From Candidatus Micrarchaeia archaeon (lineage in GTDB: Archaea > Micrarchaeota > Micrarchaeia > Burarchaeales > JACRGF01): a stretch of DNA of 21,035 nt. The stretch covers positions 1 through 21,035 of the forward strand of contig JAWCPB010000021.1 of NCBI GenBank assembly GCA_038870455.1, in the 5' to 3' direction. Within the stretch, counting starts at the first letter, position 1. Each line of letters opens with the position of its first letter. Position numbers and translations under genes: made by a program. Below, one piece after another: positions 1 through 8,247 of the stretch. The notes beneath the pieces were generated by a model. It was given only the letters and a program-made list of their open reading frames with translations, was not told the origin of the DNA and did not search any database.

Positions 1-605
1 GAAAAATTTTCTCCCCTCACCTTCACAACTGGCTCCAGTATTTCGGGCACTCCCTCCTCGGCGAGTATCCCGCTGACGCCTATCTCCCGCAGGCCTTTCT
101 CAGTGAAGAGGAAGGCCGCTTTGCCGCCGATTACGAAGAGCGCCTCCTCTGAGGCCAACAGCGTGGCCTGGGCTATCCCTAGCTGGTATAGCCCAACATC
201 TTCCCCTCTCCAGGTTATCAGCCTTCCGCTGTCATAAACCACGAGCGTTTTGCCCACAAGGAAAGGCTGCGGGCAGGTCAGCGCGCTCCCGATAGGGACA
301 TGGGCCAGCTGGTTTTTTTCGTCAATACGATACAGGTGGCTGAATCCCTTGCCGAGGATGAATGTGCCTGCCCTTGTTCTGAGGACATCGAACTGCCTGC
401 CCCCCTCCATCCTCCTCACGGCACTGACGTCCAGGGCTTTTCCAAGCTCCTCGACGTAGATCACGTCCCCGAAGTTCCTGTAGCTGAGCCTGCTCAGCCC
501 GGGCGCGCACGCGGGCGACGAAAGCGCGAGCCCGGCGGCCAACACCGGTGCCGCGACTCTTCTGGCCAATCTTGAGAGGAAGCAGGCGCGCTGTGTTTTG
601 TGCAT
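1..605 (-). CDS. Partial CDS (runs off the left edge): putative secreted/lipoprotein of unknown function
   Basis: Not in the ORF track; translated by hand from ATG at 605: MHKTQRACFLSRLARRVAAPVLAAGLALSSPACAPGLSRLSYRNFGDVIYVEELGK...VVKVRGENF, open for about 201 codons to the window edge. It has a basic N-region, a hydrophobic stretch and Cys33. An AT-rich promoter-like spacer lies at 606-640. Confidence 0.75.
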   Translation of the reverse strand, partial: MHKTQRACFLSRLARRVAAPVLAAGLALSSPACAPGLSRLSYRNFGDVIYVEELGKALDVSAVRRMEGGRQFDVLRTRAGTFILGKGFSHLYRIDEKNQLAHVPIGSALTCPQPFLVGKTLVVYDSGRLITWRGEDVGLYQLGIAQATLLASEEALFVIGGKAAFLFTEKGLREIGVSGILAEEGVPEILEPVVKVRGENF

Positions 606-642
606 GTAAGAATTATGCCTTTCTGGTAATAAATGGCTTTGC

Positions 643-1257
643 CTAGCGTGTTCTCACGAGCAGGAGCAGCGTGTACATCAGGCGCAGCGCCCACTCGAGC
701 GCGATGAGGAAAACCGCGCTGGCGAGCAGCAGGGAGGCGGGAATGGCGGCGAGCTCGAGCGAGGGCGAAAGGGCCAGCAGGGACTGGGGAGAGAGCAGGA
801 TGACGGCGAGAAGGGTGAGCGGGATGAGCTTGATGACCTCGTGCGCGATGCGCTCATCGTAGTAGGCGAAGAGGCGCGTGGCGGCGATGACTGCCGAGGA
901 AAGCGCGATGACCAGCTCGTAGTTCTGGCTCGGAGCCACGAGCAGGAGCGTCAGCGCGAGGATGACGAACGCGAGGGCGGAGTAGAGAGGAAACAGGATG
1001 AGGTACTTGAGGAGAAACAGCATGATGCGGAGGAGGATTCGCGCGCGCTTGAAAGGCGCGCCGGGCTGCACGCGCGTGTCGATGCGCGCGATGTCCCTGT
1101 CCTGAAGCAACAGGATGACCCGCCACGCGATGAGCGTGTACAGGGCGATGAAAAGGGTGAAGGCGAGCAGGCTCAGCGCGTAAGCCGCCTCGAGCGGAAT
1201 GCCGAGCCCGCGAGCGCTCTGCTCGACCGCCGCGGAGTAGTTGAGGGGAAGGGCCAT
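643..1257 (-). CDS. Hypothetical multi-pass membrane protein (about 5 TM helices)
   Basis: 204-aa ORF with several long hydrophobic segments and a polar motif (ATRLFAYYDERIAHEVIKLIP). It starts 4 nt after the nurA stop, with an AGGTGA SD-like sequence overlapping that stop. Confidence 0.8.
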   Translation of the reverse strand: MALPLNYSAAVEQSARGLGIPLEAAYALSLLAFTLFIALYTLIAWRVILLLQDRDIARIDTRVQPGAPFKRARILLRIMLFLLKYLILFPLYSALAFVILALTLLLVAPSQNYELVIALSSAVIAATRLFAYYDERIAHEVIKLIPLTLLAVILLSPQSLLALSPSLELAAIPASLLLASAVFLIALEWALRLMYTLLLLVRTR

Positions 1258-1261
1258 GAGC

Positions 1262-2299
1262 TCACCTGAACGGCCTGCTGTCCCTGCGCAGGCGCAGCGC
1301 GCTCGCCGACAGGCCTGCCGTGAGGACGAGCTCGCGGTAGATGCGCTCGAGCTCGGTGCGGTCGAGCGCGGCGCGCAGGTCAGCCTCGATGAGCACGGCC
1401 GGATAGGCGTACTTCTCGTTAATGCATGCGAGGGAATGCACGAGCGCCGCGACAGCGTCGGGCTGGGCGGCGCCCCAGATGAACTCCACCCTCAGAGGCC
1501 GGTCTTCTTTCCCCGGCTTGAGGTAGAGCACGGCGATGCGGCCGCCCCAGGTGCCGAAGTCCTTGAGAATGCTGTGCTGGGCGGTCGCAGAGGAGAGTGG
1601 AAGGGCGGGCGTGCGCTCGCCTTTCTCGAGCAGAAAGTGGAGGAAGGGGGTGTCGTTGGATGCGACGGGCTCGCCGAGCGCTTTCGCCAGCAGCTCGACG
1701 AACCTCTTGCCCCTGCTGTCCTTGACGACGCCTATGAGCAGGCAGCCGGCCGAAACGGACAAGGCGTAGAGGGAGGTGTAGGCTGCGATGACTTCCCTGT
1801 AGAGTTCCTTGAGCTCGCTCTCCTCGCCCGGCCTGTCCGACAGCTGCGGCACGAGCGAGCCGTCGAGGAGAAGCGCGTGAGGCGACCACTTGGCGATGGC
1901 CTCGCTGGCGCACGCCAGCTCCTTCTTGAGCCTGAAAAGAGACTTGTGCAGGTTGAAGTCGTGCGTGTCAAGCGCGCCCAGCGCGTCGGCATCGGGCTCG
2001 GGAAAGGCAGCCGGGTGATAGGCGTGTTTTGCCAGCATGCCATCCTCGTATTCGAACAGCACGGCGGCCGCGCGCGACAGCACGAGGTCAAGGCCGTGGA
2101 ACTCCTGGGCAACCAGGCCGCCGTCAACCGCGGCGATGCGGCCCGCTGGAGGGGCGTATTCAACTCTTCGGATGAGCCCGCGCTCGAGAGCCTCGGGCAG
2201 GAGGAGATCCGGCTTTTCCCTAAGGGAAGCGGCCAGCGCCCTCCTCTGCCTCTCCCTCTCGGCGGCCTCGGCAACAATCCTCGCAAGCTTCTCGCGCAC
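1262..2299 (-). CDS. nurA: NurA-family 5'-3' nuclease (DNA double-strand break repair)
   Basis: NurA motifs IAAVDGG, LLLDGSL, GVVKDSRG, PLRVEF and YAYPAVLIEADLRA; GTG start. Confidence 0.9.
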   Translation of the reverse strand: MREKLARIVAEAAERERQRRALAASLREKPDLLLPEALERGLIRRVEYAPPAGRIAAVDGGLVAQEFHGLDLVLSRAAAVLFEYEDGMLAKHAYHPAAFPEPDADALGALDTHDFNLHKSLFRLKKELACASEAIAKWSPHALLLDGSLVPQLSDRPGEESELKELYREVIAAYTSLYALSVSAGCLLIGVVKDSRGKRFVELLAKALGEPVASNDTPFLHFLLEKGERTPALPLSSATAQHSILKDFGTWGGRIAVLYLKPGKEDRPLRVEFIWGAAQPDAVAALVHSLACINEKYAYPAVLIEADLRAALDRTELERIYRELVLTAGLSASALRLRRDSRPFR

Positions 2300-2301
2300 G
2301 C

Positions 2302-2329
2302 ATTTAAATTGCGCGGCGGCTATTAAAAG
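2302..2329. promoter_or_regulatory. Divergent promoter region nurA/pth2 (TATA-like boxes)
   Basis: ATTTAAAT (2302-2309) and TATTAAAAG (2321-2329) in a 50-bp spacer within a GC-rich background. The second box is about 20 nt from both start codons. Confidence 0.55.
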
Positions 2330-2349
2330 CCTGTCAGGGCGGTGTTCCG

Positions 2350-2697
2350 ATGATGAAGCAAGTCATCGTGGTGAGAAGCGACCTGAAGCTCGGGGTGGGC
2401 AAGATCGCCGCGCACGCCGCGCACGCCTCCCTCGAAGCGCTGAGGGTGGCGAGAGCGAGGGAGCCGCGGGCTGTCGAGGAGTGGGAGAGGGAGGGGGAGA
2501 AGAAAGTGGTGGTGAAAATAGAGGGGGAGAAGGAGCTGCTCGCGCTGTATGAGAAGGCGAAGGGGGAGGTTCCGTGCGCGCTCATCCGCGACGCGGGCCT
2601 GACGCAGATCCCGCCCGGAACGCTCACCGCGCTCGGGCTCGGACCCGGAGATGAGAGGGTAATAGATAAATACACTGGGAAGCTAAAGCTGTTGTGA
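2350..2697 (+). CDS. pth2: Peptidyl-tRNA hydrolase, archaeal/eukaryotic type (Pth2)
   Basis: Motifs KQVIVVRSDL, GKIAAHAAHA, W...GEKKVVVK, IRDAGLTQIPPGT and C-terminal TGKLKLL. Confidence 0.95.
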   Translation: MMKQVIVVRSDLKLGVGKIAAHAAHASLEALRVARAREPRAVEEWEREGEKKVVVKIEGEKELLALYEKAKGEVPCALIRDAGLTQIPPGTLTALGLGPGDERVIDKYTGKLKLL

Positions 2698-2706
2698 AGT
2701 GATGCG

Positions 2707-3675
2707 ATGAATGGCGTACGTGTTGCAACGACGGGCCTCAGCCTGAGAGTGCTGCTCACCAGCACGCTCGTGTTCGGGGTGGTCGCCGGCGTGCTTGGGG
2801 TGCTGCTGTGGAGCAGCGGGGCGAGCGGGGCGGAGGGGGTTGGACTGTGGCTGGGCGTCTCTCTCACATTCCTGTTCGCGCAGTGGTGGTTCGGGCCCGC
2901 GCTCATTCGCTGGAGCACGGGGGCGAGTGAGGTGAGCGAGCATGAGGCGCCCAGGCTGCATGCGATGGTGGGCAGGCTTGCCGCGCTCGCCGGAGTGCCG
3001 AAGCCGAAGCTTCTTGTTGTCAGAAATCCAACGCCGAACGCTTTCGCCTTCGGAAGAACGCAGGCCTCGAGTTATGTCGCGGTGCACACGGGCCTGCTCG
3101 AGAGGCTGGGCGAGAAGGAAGTGGAGGCCGTGCTGGCGCATGAGATCGGGCACATCAAGCACAGGGATGTGTTGGTGATGACGGTTGCGAGCGCCCTGCC
3201 GGTCATGCTGTACTACGCGTTTATACTGTTCGGAGGCTCCTTATTCGGAGGAAGGGACAGGGAGGAAAGAGGGGGCTTCATCGCGGTGTGGCTCGGAGCC
3301 GTGGCCGCGCAGTTCATCGGAAGCCTGCTCGTCATGTTCCTGTCAAGAACACGGGAGTACTATGCTGACGCTTTCTCGGCGTACGCCACAGGCGAGCCCC
3401 TCGCGCTCGCCAGCGCGCTCGCGAAAATAACCTACTTTCCGGTGCGGGCGGGAGCAGCGAACGCTGCGGTCAAGGCGCTTTACATCGCCGAGCCTGGCGC
3501 GCGCGGGCTCTCGCACGAGCTCGCGGCTGCCATCGCGCACGGCGACGAGCGCGCGCTGCACGAGGCCATTGAAAAAGAAAAGGGGCACGGCGCGTTCGAG
3601 CTTTTCATGACGCACCCGCCGACCTGGAAGAGGCTCGAGGCGCTGATGAGAATACGCGGGGAAATCGCCGCTTAG
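2707..3675 (+). CDS. htpX: Zinc metalloprotease HtpX (M48 family)
   Basis: Two N-terminal TM helices, PNAFAFG, AVLAHEIGH (HExxH), SRTREYYAD and THPP motifs. Confidence 0.93.
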   Translation: MNGVRVATTGLSLRVLLTSTLVFGVVAGVLGVLLWSSGASGAEGVGLWLGVSLTFLFAQWWFGPALIRWSTGASEVSEHEAPRLHAMVGRLAALAGVPKPKLLVVRNPTPNAFAFGRTQASSYVAVHTGLLERLGEKEVEAVLAHEIGHIKHRDVLVMTVASALPVMLYYAFILFGGSLFGGRDREERGGFIAVWLGAVAAQFIGSLLVMFLSRTREYYADAFSAYATGEPLALASALAKITYFPVRAGAANAAVKALYIAEPGARGLSHELAAAIAHGDERALHEAIEKEKGHGAFELFMTHPPTWKRLEALMRIRGEIAA

Positions 3676-5579
3676 ACGCCAAGCTCTGCTTTTGCCCTGA
3701 GTATTTCCGCCACGCTCCAGGCCTGCGAGAAGCAGCCGTCGGGCCTCAGGGAGTCCGCCTCGAAAAGCTCGCTGACGCTGCCGAGGCCGTGCGCGCGGAG
3801 GTGCTCCTCGAAAGGCTGCAGGAAGGGCGCGAGCTCAACCTGCGGGAGGAGGCGGCGCATGGCGGTGAGGAAGAGCCCGAGCAGCCAAGGCCACACCGCC
3901 CCCTGGTGATAGGCGGCATCGCGCTCCCTCAGCGAGCCCCTGTAGAAAGGCCGGTATTTCGGGTCACGCGGGGAGAGCGTACGCAGGCCGAGCGGGGTGT
4001 AGAGCTCCCTCCAGACTTTCTTGAGCACGAGAAGCTCCTTTTCCTCCTCAAGGAGCCTGAAGGGAAGCGACAGTGCGAGAAGCTGGTTCGGCCTGATGGA
4101 GGCGTCGTTCGGCTCTATGACGTCATAGAGGCAGAGCTCGGCCTCGTTCCAGAACTTCCGGAAGGAAGATTTTGCCAGTCGTGCTTTTTCCGCACACTCT
4201 CTCGCGAACGAAGCGTCCCCTGAACTGTTCGCGAAGTACTCGCCGATGCGCAGGGCGTTGTACCACAGCGCGTTGATCTCGACAGGCTTACCGGCCCTCG
4301 GAGTGACCGGCTGTCCCTCGACGCGCGCATCCATCCAGGTGAGGCCTGCCGCGAGGGAGAGCAGGCCGTCATCCTCGAGGCTGATGCCCGGAAGCCCGCC
4401 GCGCGCATAAGAGCGGATGATTTCCCTTATTTTTTGGTAGAGCTCCTTTTCGACAAAGGAGAGGTCGCCCGAGGCTCTTGCGTACTCGTGGCAGGCGTTG
4501 ATGAACCACAGCGAGGCGTCGGCGGCGTTGAGCACGGCCCCCTCTGGGGTGATGAGGTTTGGCACGAGCGGGCGGGCGAGGGAGGCAAAGCGGCGGAGCA
4601 CGGCGCGCGCGTCATCAAACCGCTTGCCCGCGAGAAGAAGGCCGGGCAGGGAAATCATGGCGTCGCGGCCCCACTCGCCGAACCAGGGATAGCCTGCGAG
4701 GATGGTGGTTCCCTCCTTGGTTCTGGCGAGGAAGGAATCAGCCGCGATGGCGAGGTGGGTGGCAAGCTCGCTCTCCCGAAGTTTGGAGTTCGAATAAAAC
4801 AAGGCTGCCGTGCGCTGGAGCCTCTCGCGCTCCAGCTCAATCAATTCGGCGGGCCTCGGGTGGGAAGCGGCTTCTGTGGTGCACACGATGTGAAAGGCCG
4901 TCTCGCCTTTGGGCAGGGCGAGCTCAAAGCCGCCCGGAGAAAAAAGGTCCTCCTCAAAGGCCTCCCCCCTCTCTTCATCGAGGGGATAGCGGATGTTGTG
5001 GAAGGATGTTGGGTTCGGCTTGAACTCCGCGAGGTCGCTTGAAATGCGGAGGGAGGTTGTCGGAAAGGAGAGCGTGACCTCCCTCCATTCCTGCTTGACC
5101 TCGTGCTCCGGCACCCCCCTGCTCAGCTCATCGGGCCTCCTGTTTGCTATGAATGGCGCCACCGATAGTTTCGCGGGCCGCTGAAGGAAAAGGGCGTAGC
5201 GGATGACGAGCGTGTTCTCTCCTTGAACGAGGGCGATCGTCTTCACAACGCGCGCGTCCTCGAAATCGAAGCGGGCGCGCGGAAGGGGGTCGAGTCCGAA
5301 GCCGGTGATGTTGCGGAAGCCCTGCGGGTGGACGGCGCCCGGGTAGGCGTTTGTGGAGAGGGAAAAACGCTCTCCGTCGAGCTCGAGCCAGTCCTCGGTG
5401 CTCGCGAGCAGGAGCGTGCGCCTGAGCGAGGGGCCGCCGGAGACGAGCAGGCCGTGCCACTTGCGCGCGTTGCACAGGATGGCTGTCGAAGAAGCGTAGC
5501 CGCCGAGGCCGTTCGACAGAAGCCACTCCCTCCTCAAGCCAGCCTCGAAGGACAGCTCGTGCTTGCCGAGAGACAGCAT
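3672..5579 (-). CDS. Glycogen debranching enzyme (amylo-alpha-1,6-glucosidase, archaeal type)
   Basis: N-terminal REWLLSNGLGGYASST; catalytic-domain motifs AGYPWFGEWGRD, ADASLWF, LTWMDA, PVEINALWYN, YHQGAVWPW and QAWSVAE. Confidence 0.93.
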   Translation of the reverse strand: MLSLGKHELSFEAGLRREWLLSNGLGGYASSTAILCNARKWHGLLVSGGPSLRRTLLLASTEDWLELDGERFSLSTNAYPGAVHPQGFRNITGFGLDPLPRARFDFEDARVVKTIALVQGENTLVIRYALFLQRPAKLSVAPFIANRRPDELSRGVPEHEVKQEWREVTLSFPTTSLRISSDLAEFKPNPTSFHNIRYPLDEERGEAFEEDLFSPGGFELALPKGETAFHIVCTTEAASHPRPAELIELERERLQRTAALFYSNSKLRESELATHLAIAADSFLARTKEGTTILAGYPWFGEWGRDAMISLPGLLLAGKRFDDARAVLRRFASLARPLVPNLITPEGAVLNAADASLWFINACHEYARASGDLSFVEKELYQKIREIIRSYARGGLPGISLEDDGLLSLAAGLTWMDARVEGQPVTPRAGKPVEINALWYNALRIGEYFANSSGDASFARECAEKARLAKSSFRKFWNEAELCLYDVIEPNDASIRPNQLLALSLPFRLLEEEKELLVLKKVWRELYTPLGLRTLSPRDPKYRPFYRGSLRERDAAYHQGAVWPWLLGLFLTAMRRLLPQVELAPFLQPFEEHLRAHGLGSVSELFEADSLRPDGCFSQAWSVAEILRAKAELGV

Positions 5580-5617
5580 GGAAAGGAATTGAATTGCCCC
5601 TTATTAAAGCAGCAGGT

Positions 5618-6313
5618 TCAGGCGGCGAGCTGCTCTTCGATGATGTTCTTGAAGACGGGGTAGGGCTGGGCTCCGGAGACGATGCGGCCGTTGATGAAAA
5701 AGGTCGGCGTGCCGCGCACGCCGTTGGCGAGCCCTTCGGACTGGTGCGCCGCGACCAAGCCCGCCTTCGCCCTTTCTTCAAGGCAGGCGTTGAAGAGCGG
5801 CAGGTCGAGAGAAAGGTTTGCGGCGAAGGAGACGAGGGAGCCTTCGCTCAAGGAATTCTGGTTTGCAAATAGAAGGTCGTGGTACTCCCAGAATCTCCCC
5901 TGGTCGCCCGCGCACTCGGCCGCCTCAGCCGCGGCCGCGGCGAGTGGGTGGATGTTTTCGATGGGAAAGTGTTTGTAGGCAAAGCGCGCTTTTCCTGTTG
6001 AAACGAAGTCGCGCTCGATTGCCGGCAGGGTGGCCCGCCAGAACTCGGCGCAGTAGGGGCACTGGAAGTCGCTGTACTCGACGATGAGAACGGGCGCGGA
6101 AGCGTTTCCTCTCGCCTGCGCATTGGAGAGGTTGATTCTCGGCTGCGCTGGGGATGGCTGCGGGGATGCGGGGGGCTGCTGGGGCGGCGTCTGATTTTGT
6201 TGAGAAGGCGCCCCTTCCCTTGCGCTCAAGTAAATCGAGGCCGAGACGAGGATGCCCGCGATTATTATGGCGAGCGCGATGAGCTTGGCGTCATCCGAGG
6301 TTTCCATCAACAT
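5618..6313 (-). CDS. Membrane-anchored DsbA/BdbD-family thiol-disulfide oxidoreductase (CPYC)
   Basis: N-terminal TM helix, Pro/Gln-rich linker, EYSDFQCPYC, HFP, AAEAAECAGDQGRFWEYHDLLF and GVRGTPTFFING. The start may be ATG at 6307. Confidence 0.92.
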   Translation of the reverse strand: MLMETSDDAKLIALAIIIAGILVSASIYLSAREGAPSQQNQTPPQQPPASPQPSPAQPRINLSNAQARGNASAPVLIVEYSDFQCPYCAEFWRATLPAIERDFVSTGKARFAYKHFPIENIHPLAAAAAEAAECAGDQGRFWEYHDLLFANQNSLSEGSLVSFAANLSLDLPLFNACLEERAKAGLVAAHQSEGLANGVRGTPTFFINGRIVSGAQPYPVFKNIIEEQLAA

Positions 6314-6959
6314 TCCTCAGCAGGGCGTCCCACTCGCTTGGAGAGAGAGCGCCGACAGCGCGTTTTCCATTCACGAAAAAGGTGGGGGTGCCTTGAACAC
6401 TGAGGCGGCTGCCTTCCGCTGCATCCGACCTCACTTTGGGCAGGGTGTTGTGGCTTGAGAGGCAGGCGTCAAAGAGCGAGGCGTCGAGGCCCAGCGAGGA
6501 TGCGAGGGCGCGAAGCCCGGCATCGGAAAAGTCTGGCGCGCGAAGTGTTTTCTGCGCGGCGATGTTCTCGGCGAAGAGGAGGTCGTGGTACTCCCAGAAA
6601 CGCCCCTGCTGTCCTGCGCACTCGGCGGCCTCGGCAGCTGCGCAGGCGCGTGCGTGGCCGGCGCTCTGCAGGGCGGGATTGCAGTTGCCGTTGAGCGGAA
6701 AGTGCTTGTAAATGAACCGCACGCGCTGCCCGTGTGAGGCGAGCATGCTCTTGGCGCTTTCGGCGGCCAAGCCGCAGAAGGGACACTCGAAGTCGCTGTA
6801 CTCAACGATGAGGATGGAGGCGTTCGGGTTCCCGCGGGCGTGCGCTCCGGACAGGTTGAACGCGCCGACCGGGACATCAGGGCCCTTCCCACCCCCGGCG
6901 CAGCCGAGGAGAAAAAACGCGCACGCCAAGAGCGCGGTGGCCGTCCGCATGGCCTGCAT
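6291..6959 (-). CDS. Lipoprotein-type DsbA-family thiol-disulfide oxidoreductase (CPFC)
   Basis: Signal peptide ending in lipobox-like FLLGC; EYSDFECPFC, HFPLNGNCN...HARACAAAEAAEC and GTPTFFVNG. Confidence 0.92.
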   Translation of the reverse strand: MQAMRTATALLACAFFLLGCAGGGKGPDVPVGAFNLSGAHARGNPNASILIVEYSDFECPFCGLAAESAKSMLASHGQRVRFIYKHFPLNGNCNPALQSAGHARACAAAEAAECAGQQGRFWEYHDLLFAENIAAQKTLRAPDFSDAGLRALASSLGLDASLFDACLSSHNTLPKVRSDAAEGSRLSVQGTPTFFVNGKRAVGALSPSEWDALLRNVDGNLG

Positions 6960-6978
6960 TTGCGCGCGAATTTTTATA

Positions 6979-7263
6979 TCATTTCGCCATCAGCGAACGC
7001 GCGCGCTCGGCAAAGCGCGCGAGCAGGGCGCCGGCATCAACCTGCCACACGAGATAGAGGAGCATGAAGAAGAGCAGGATGACCGCCGCGAGAAACAGTT
7101 TTTTGTTAATCAGGTAGAGAAAGGCGAGGAAGGAGACCGTCAGGATGACTGCCGCGATGTAGACCACCAGCTGCAGCGGAAAGAGAAGGAGCAGCCCGGC
7201 GTCTATGAGCAGCGTGGCGGCAACGACTTTGAGAAAGAAAATGATGGTCTTCTTATCCACCAT
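6979..7263 (-). CDS. Small hypothetical membrane protein (3 TM)
   Basis: 94-aa strongly hydrophobic ORF starting 9 nt after the ilvE stop on the same strand. Confidence 0.75.
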   Translation of the reverse strand: MVDKKTIIFFLKVVAATLLIDAGLLLLFPLQLVVYIAAVILTVSFLAFLYLINKKLFLAAVILLFFMLLYLVWQVDAGALLARFAERARSLMAK

Positions 7264-7272
7264 GCCCCAGCC

Positions 7273-8187
7273 TCAGACAAAGTCGAGCCAGGCAAAATAC
7301 TTCTTGTCCTTGCCCTTGACTATGTCGAAGAACTTGCTCTGGAGCTTCTCGGTTATGGGCCCACGGCCGCCGCTTCCTATCACGCGGCCGTCCACCTCGC
7401 GGATCGGGGTGACCTCAGCGGCCGTGCCCGTGAAGAAGGCCTCGTCGGCAGTGAAGATTTCCTCGCGGGGCAGCTCCCTCTCTATGACAGGAATGCCCGT
7501 GTCGCGCGCTATTTTTATCACGCTGTCGCGCGTTATGCCGTACAGGATGCCGCTCGATGGAGGTGGGGTGATGAGCGTGCCCCTGCTGACTATGAAAAGG
7601 TTCTCGCCTGGCCCCTCGCTGATGAGGCCGTTGATGTTCGGCACGAGCGCCTCGTCATAGCCGCACTGCAGCGCCTCGAGCTTGGCCAGCACGGAGTTGA
7701 AGTAGTTGGCGGTTGCCTTTGCCTGCGGGGGAAGGATGCGGGAGTCGATGCGGCACCACGAGGAGATCTTGCAGCGCACGCCCCGCCGCAGCCCCTCCTC
7801 GCCGAGGTAGGTGCCCCACGGCCACACCGCGATGGCCACGTCGATGGGGTTCTTGAGCGGGTTCAGGCCCATCTCGCCGTAGCCGTAGAATGCGATGGGG
7901 CGTATGTAACAGGACTTGAGCTTGTTGGCGCGAATGAGCCGGAGCGTGGCGTCGTACAGCTCCTTCTCAGAGTAGGGGAGCTTCATGAGATAGACTTTCG
8001 CGGAGTTGAAAAGCCTGCGCAGGTGGTCCTTGAGGCGGAAGACCGCGGGGCCCTTTGTGGTCTCGTAGCAGCGTATTCCCTCGAAAACGCCCGTGCCGTA
8101 GTGCAGGGCGTGGGTGAGGACGTGAACCTTCGCTTCCTTCCATGGCACGAGCTTTCCGTTGAACCAGATGAGCTCGGTTTCGATCAT
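7273..8187 (-). CDS. ilvE: Branched-chain amino acid aminotransferase (fold type IV PLP enzyme)
   Basis: HALHYGTGVFEGIRCY, FRLKDHLRRL, YIRP, AKATANY (PLP Lys), EGPGENLF, ILYGITR and EAFFTGTAAEVTP; SD GGAGGTG at 8199-8193. Confidence 0.95.
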   Translation of the reverse strand: MIETELIWFNGKLVPWKEAKVHVLTHALHYGTGVFEGIRCYETTKGPAVFRLKDHLRRLFNSAKVYLMKLPYSEKELYDATLRLIRANKLKSCYIRPIAFYGYGEMGLNPLKNPIDVAIAVWPWGTYLGEEGLRRGVRCKISSWCRIDSRILPPQAKATANYFNSVLAKLEALQCGYDEALVPNINGLISEGPGENLFIVSRGTLITPPPSSGILYGITRDSVIKIARDTGIPVIERELPREEIFTADEAFFTGTAAEVTPIREVDGRVIGSGGRGPITEKLQSKFFDIVKGKDKKYFAWLDFV

Positions 8188-8204
8188 GCGCGCACCTCCA
8201 CAAA

Positions 8205-8235
8205 GCGTTTAAGAATATGAGATTAAAACGTTTTC
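8205..8235. promoter_or_regulatory. Divergent promoter region ilvE/trpD
   Basis: AT-rich TTTAAGAATATGAGATTAAAAC in the 60-bp spacer between divergent genes. Confidence 0.5.
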
Positions 8236-8247
8236 CGGGAGAGGGGT

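Noticed and set aside
1241-2326. 361-aa + strand ORF
   Set aside because: Antisense shadow of nurA caused by high-GC codon bias; no recognisable motifs.
6712-8220. 502-aa + strand ORF
   Set aside because: Antisense to ilvE, the small membrane gene and DsbA, which carry clear family motifs or TM patterns.
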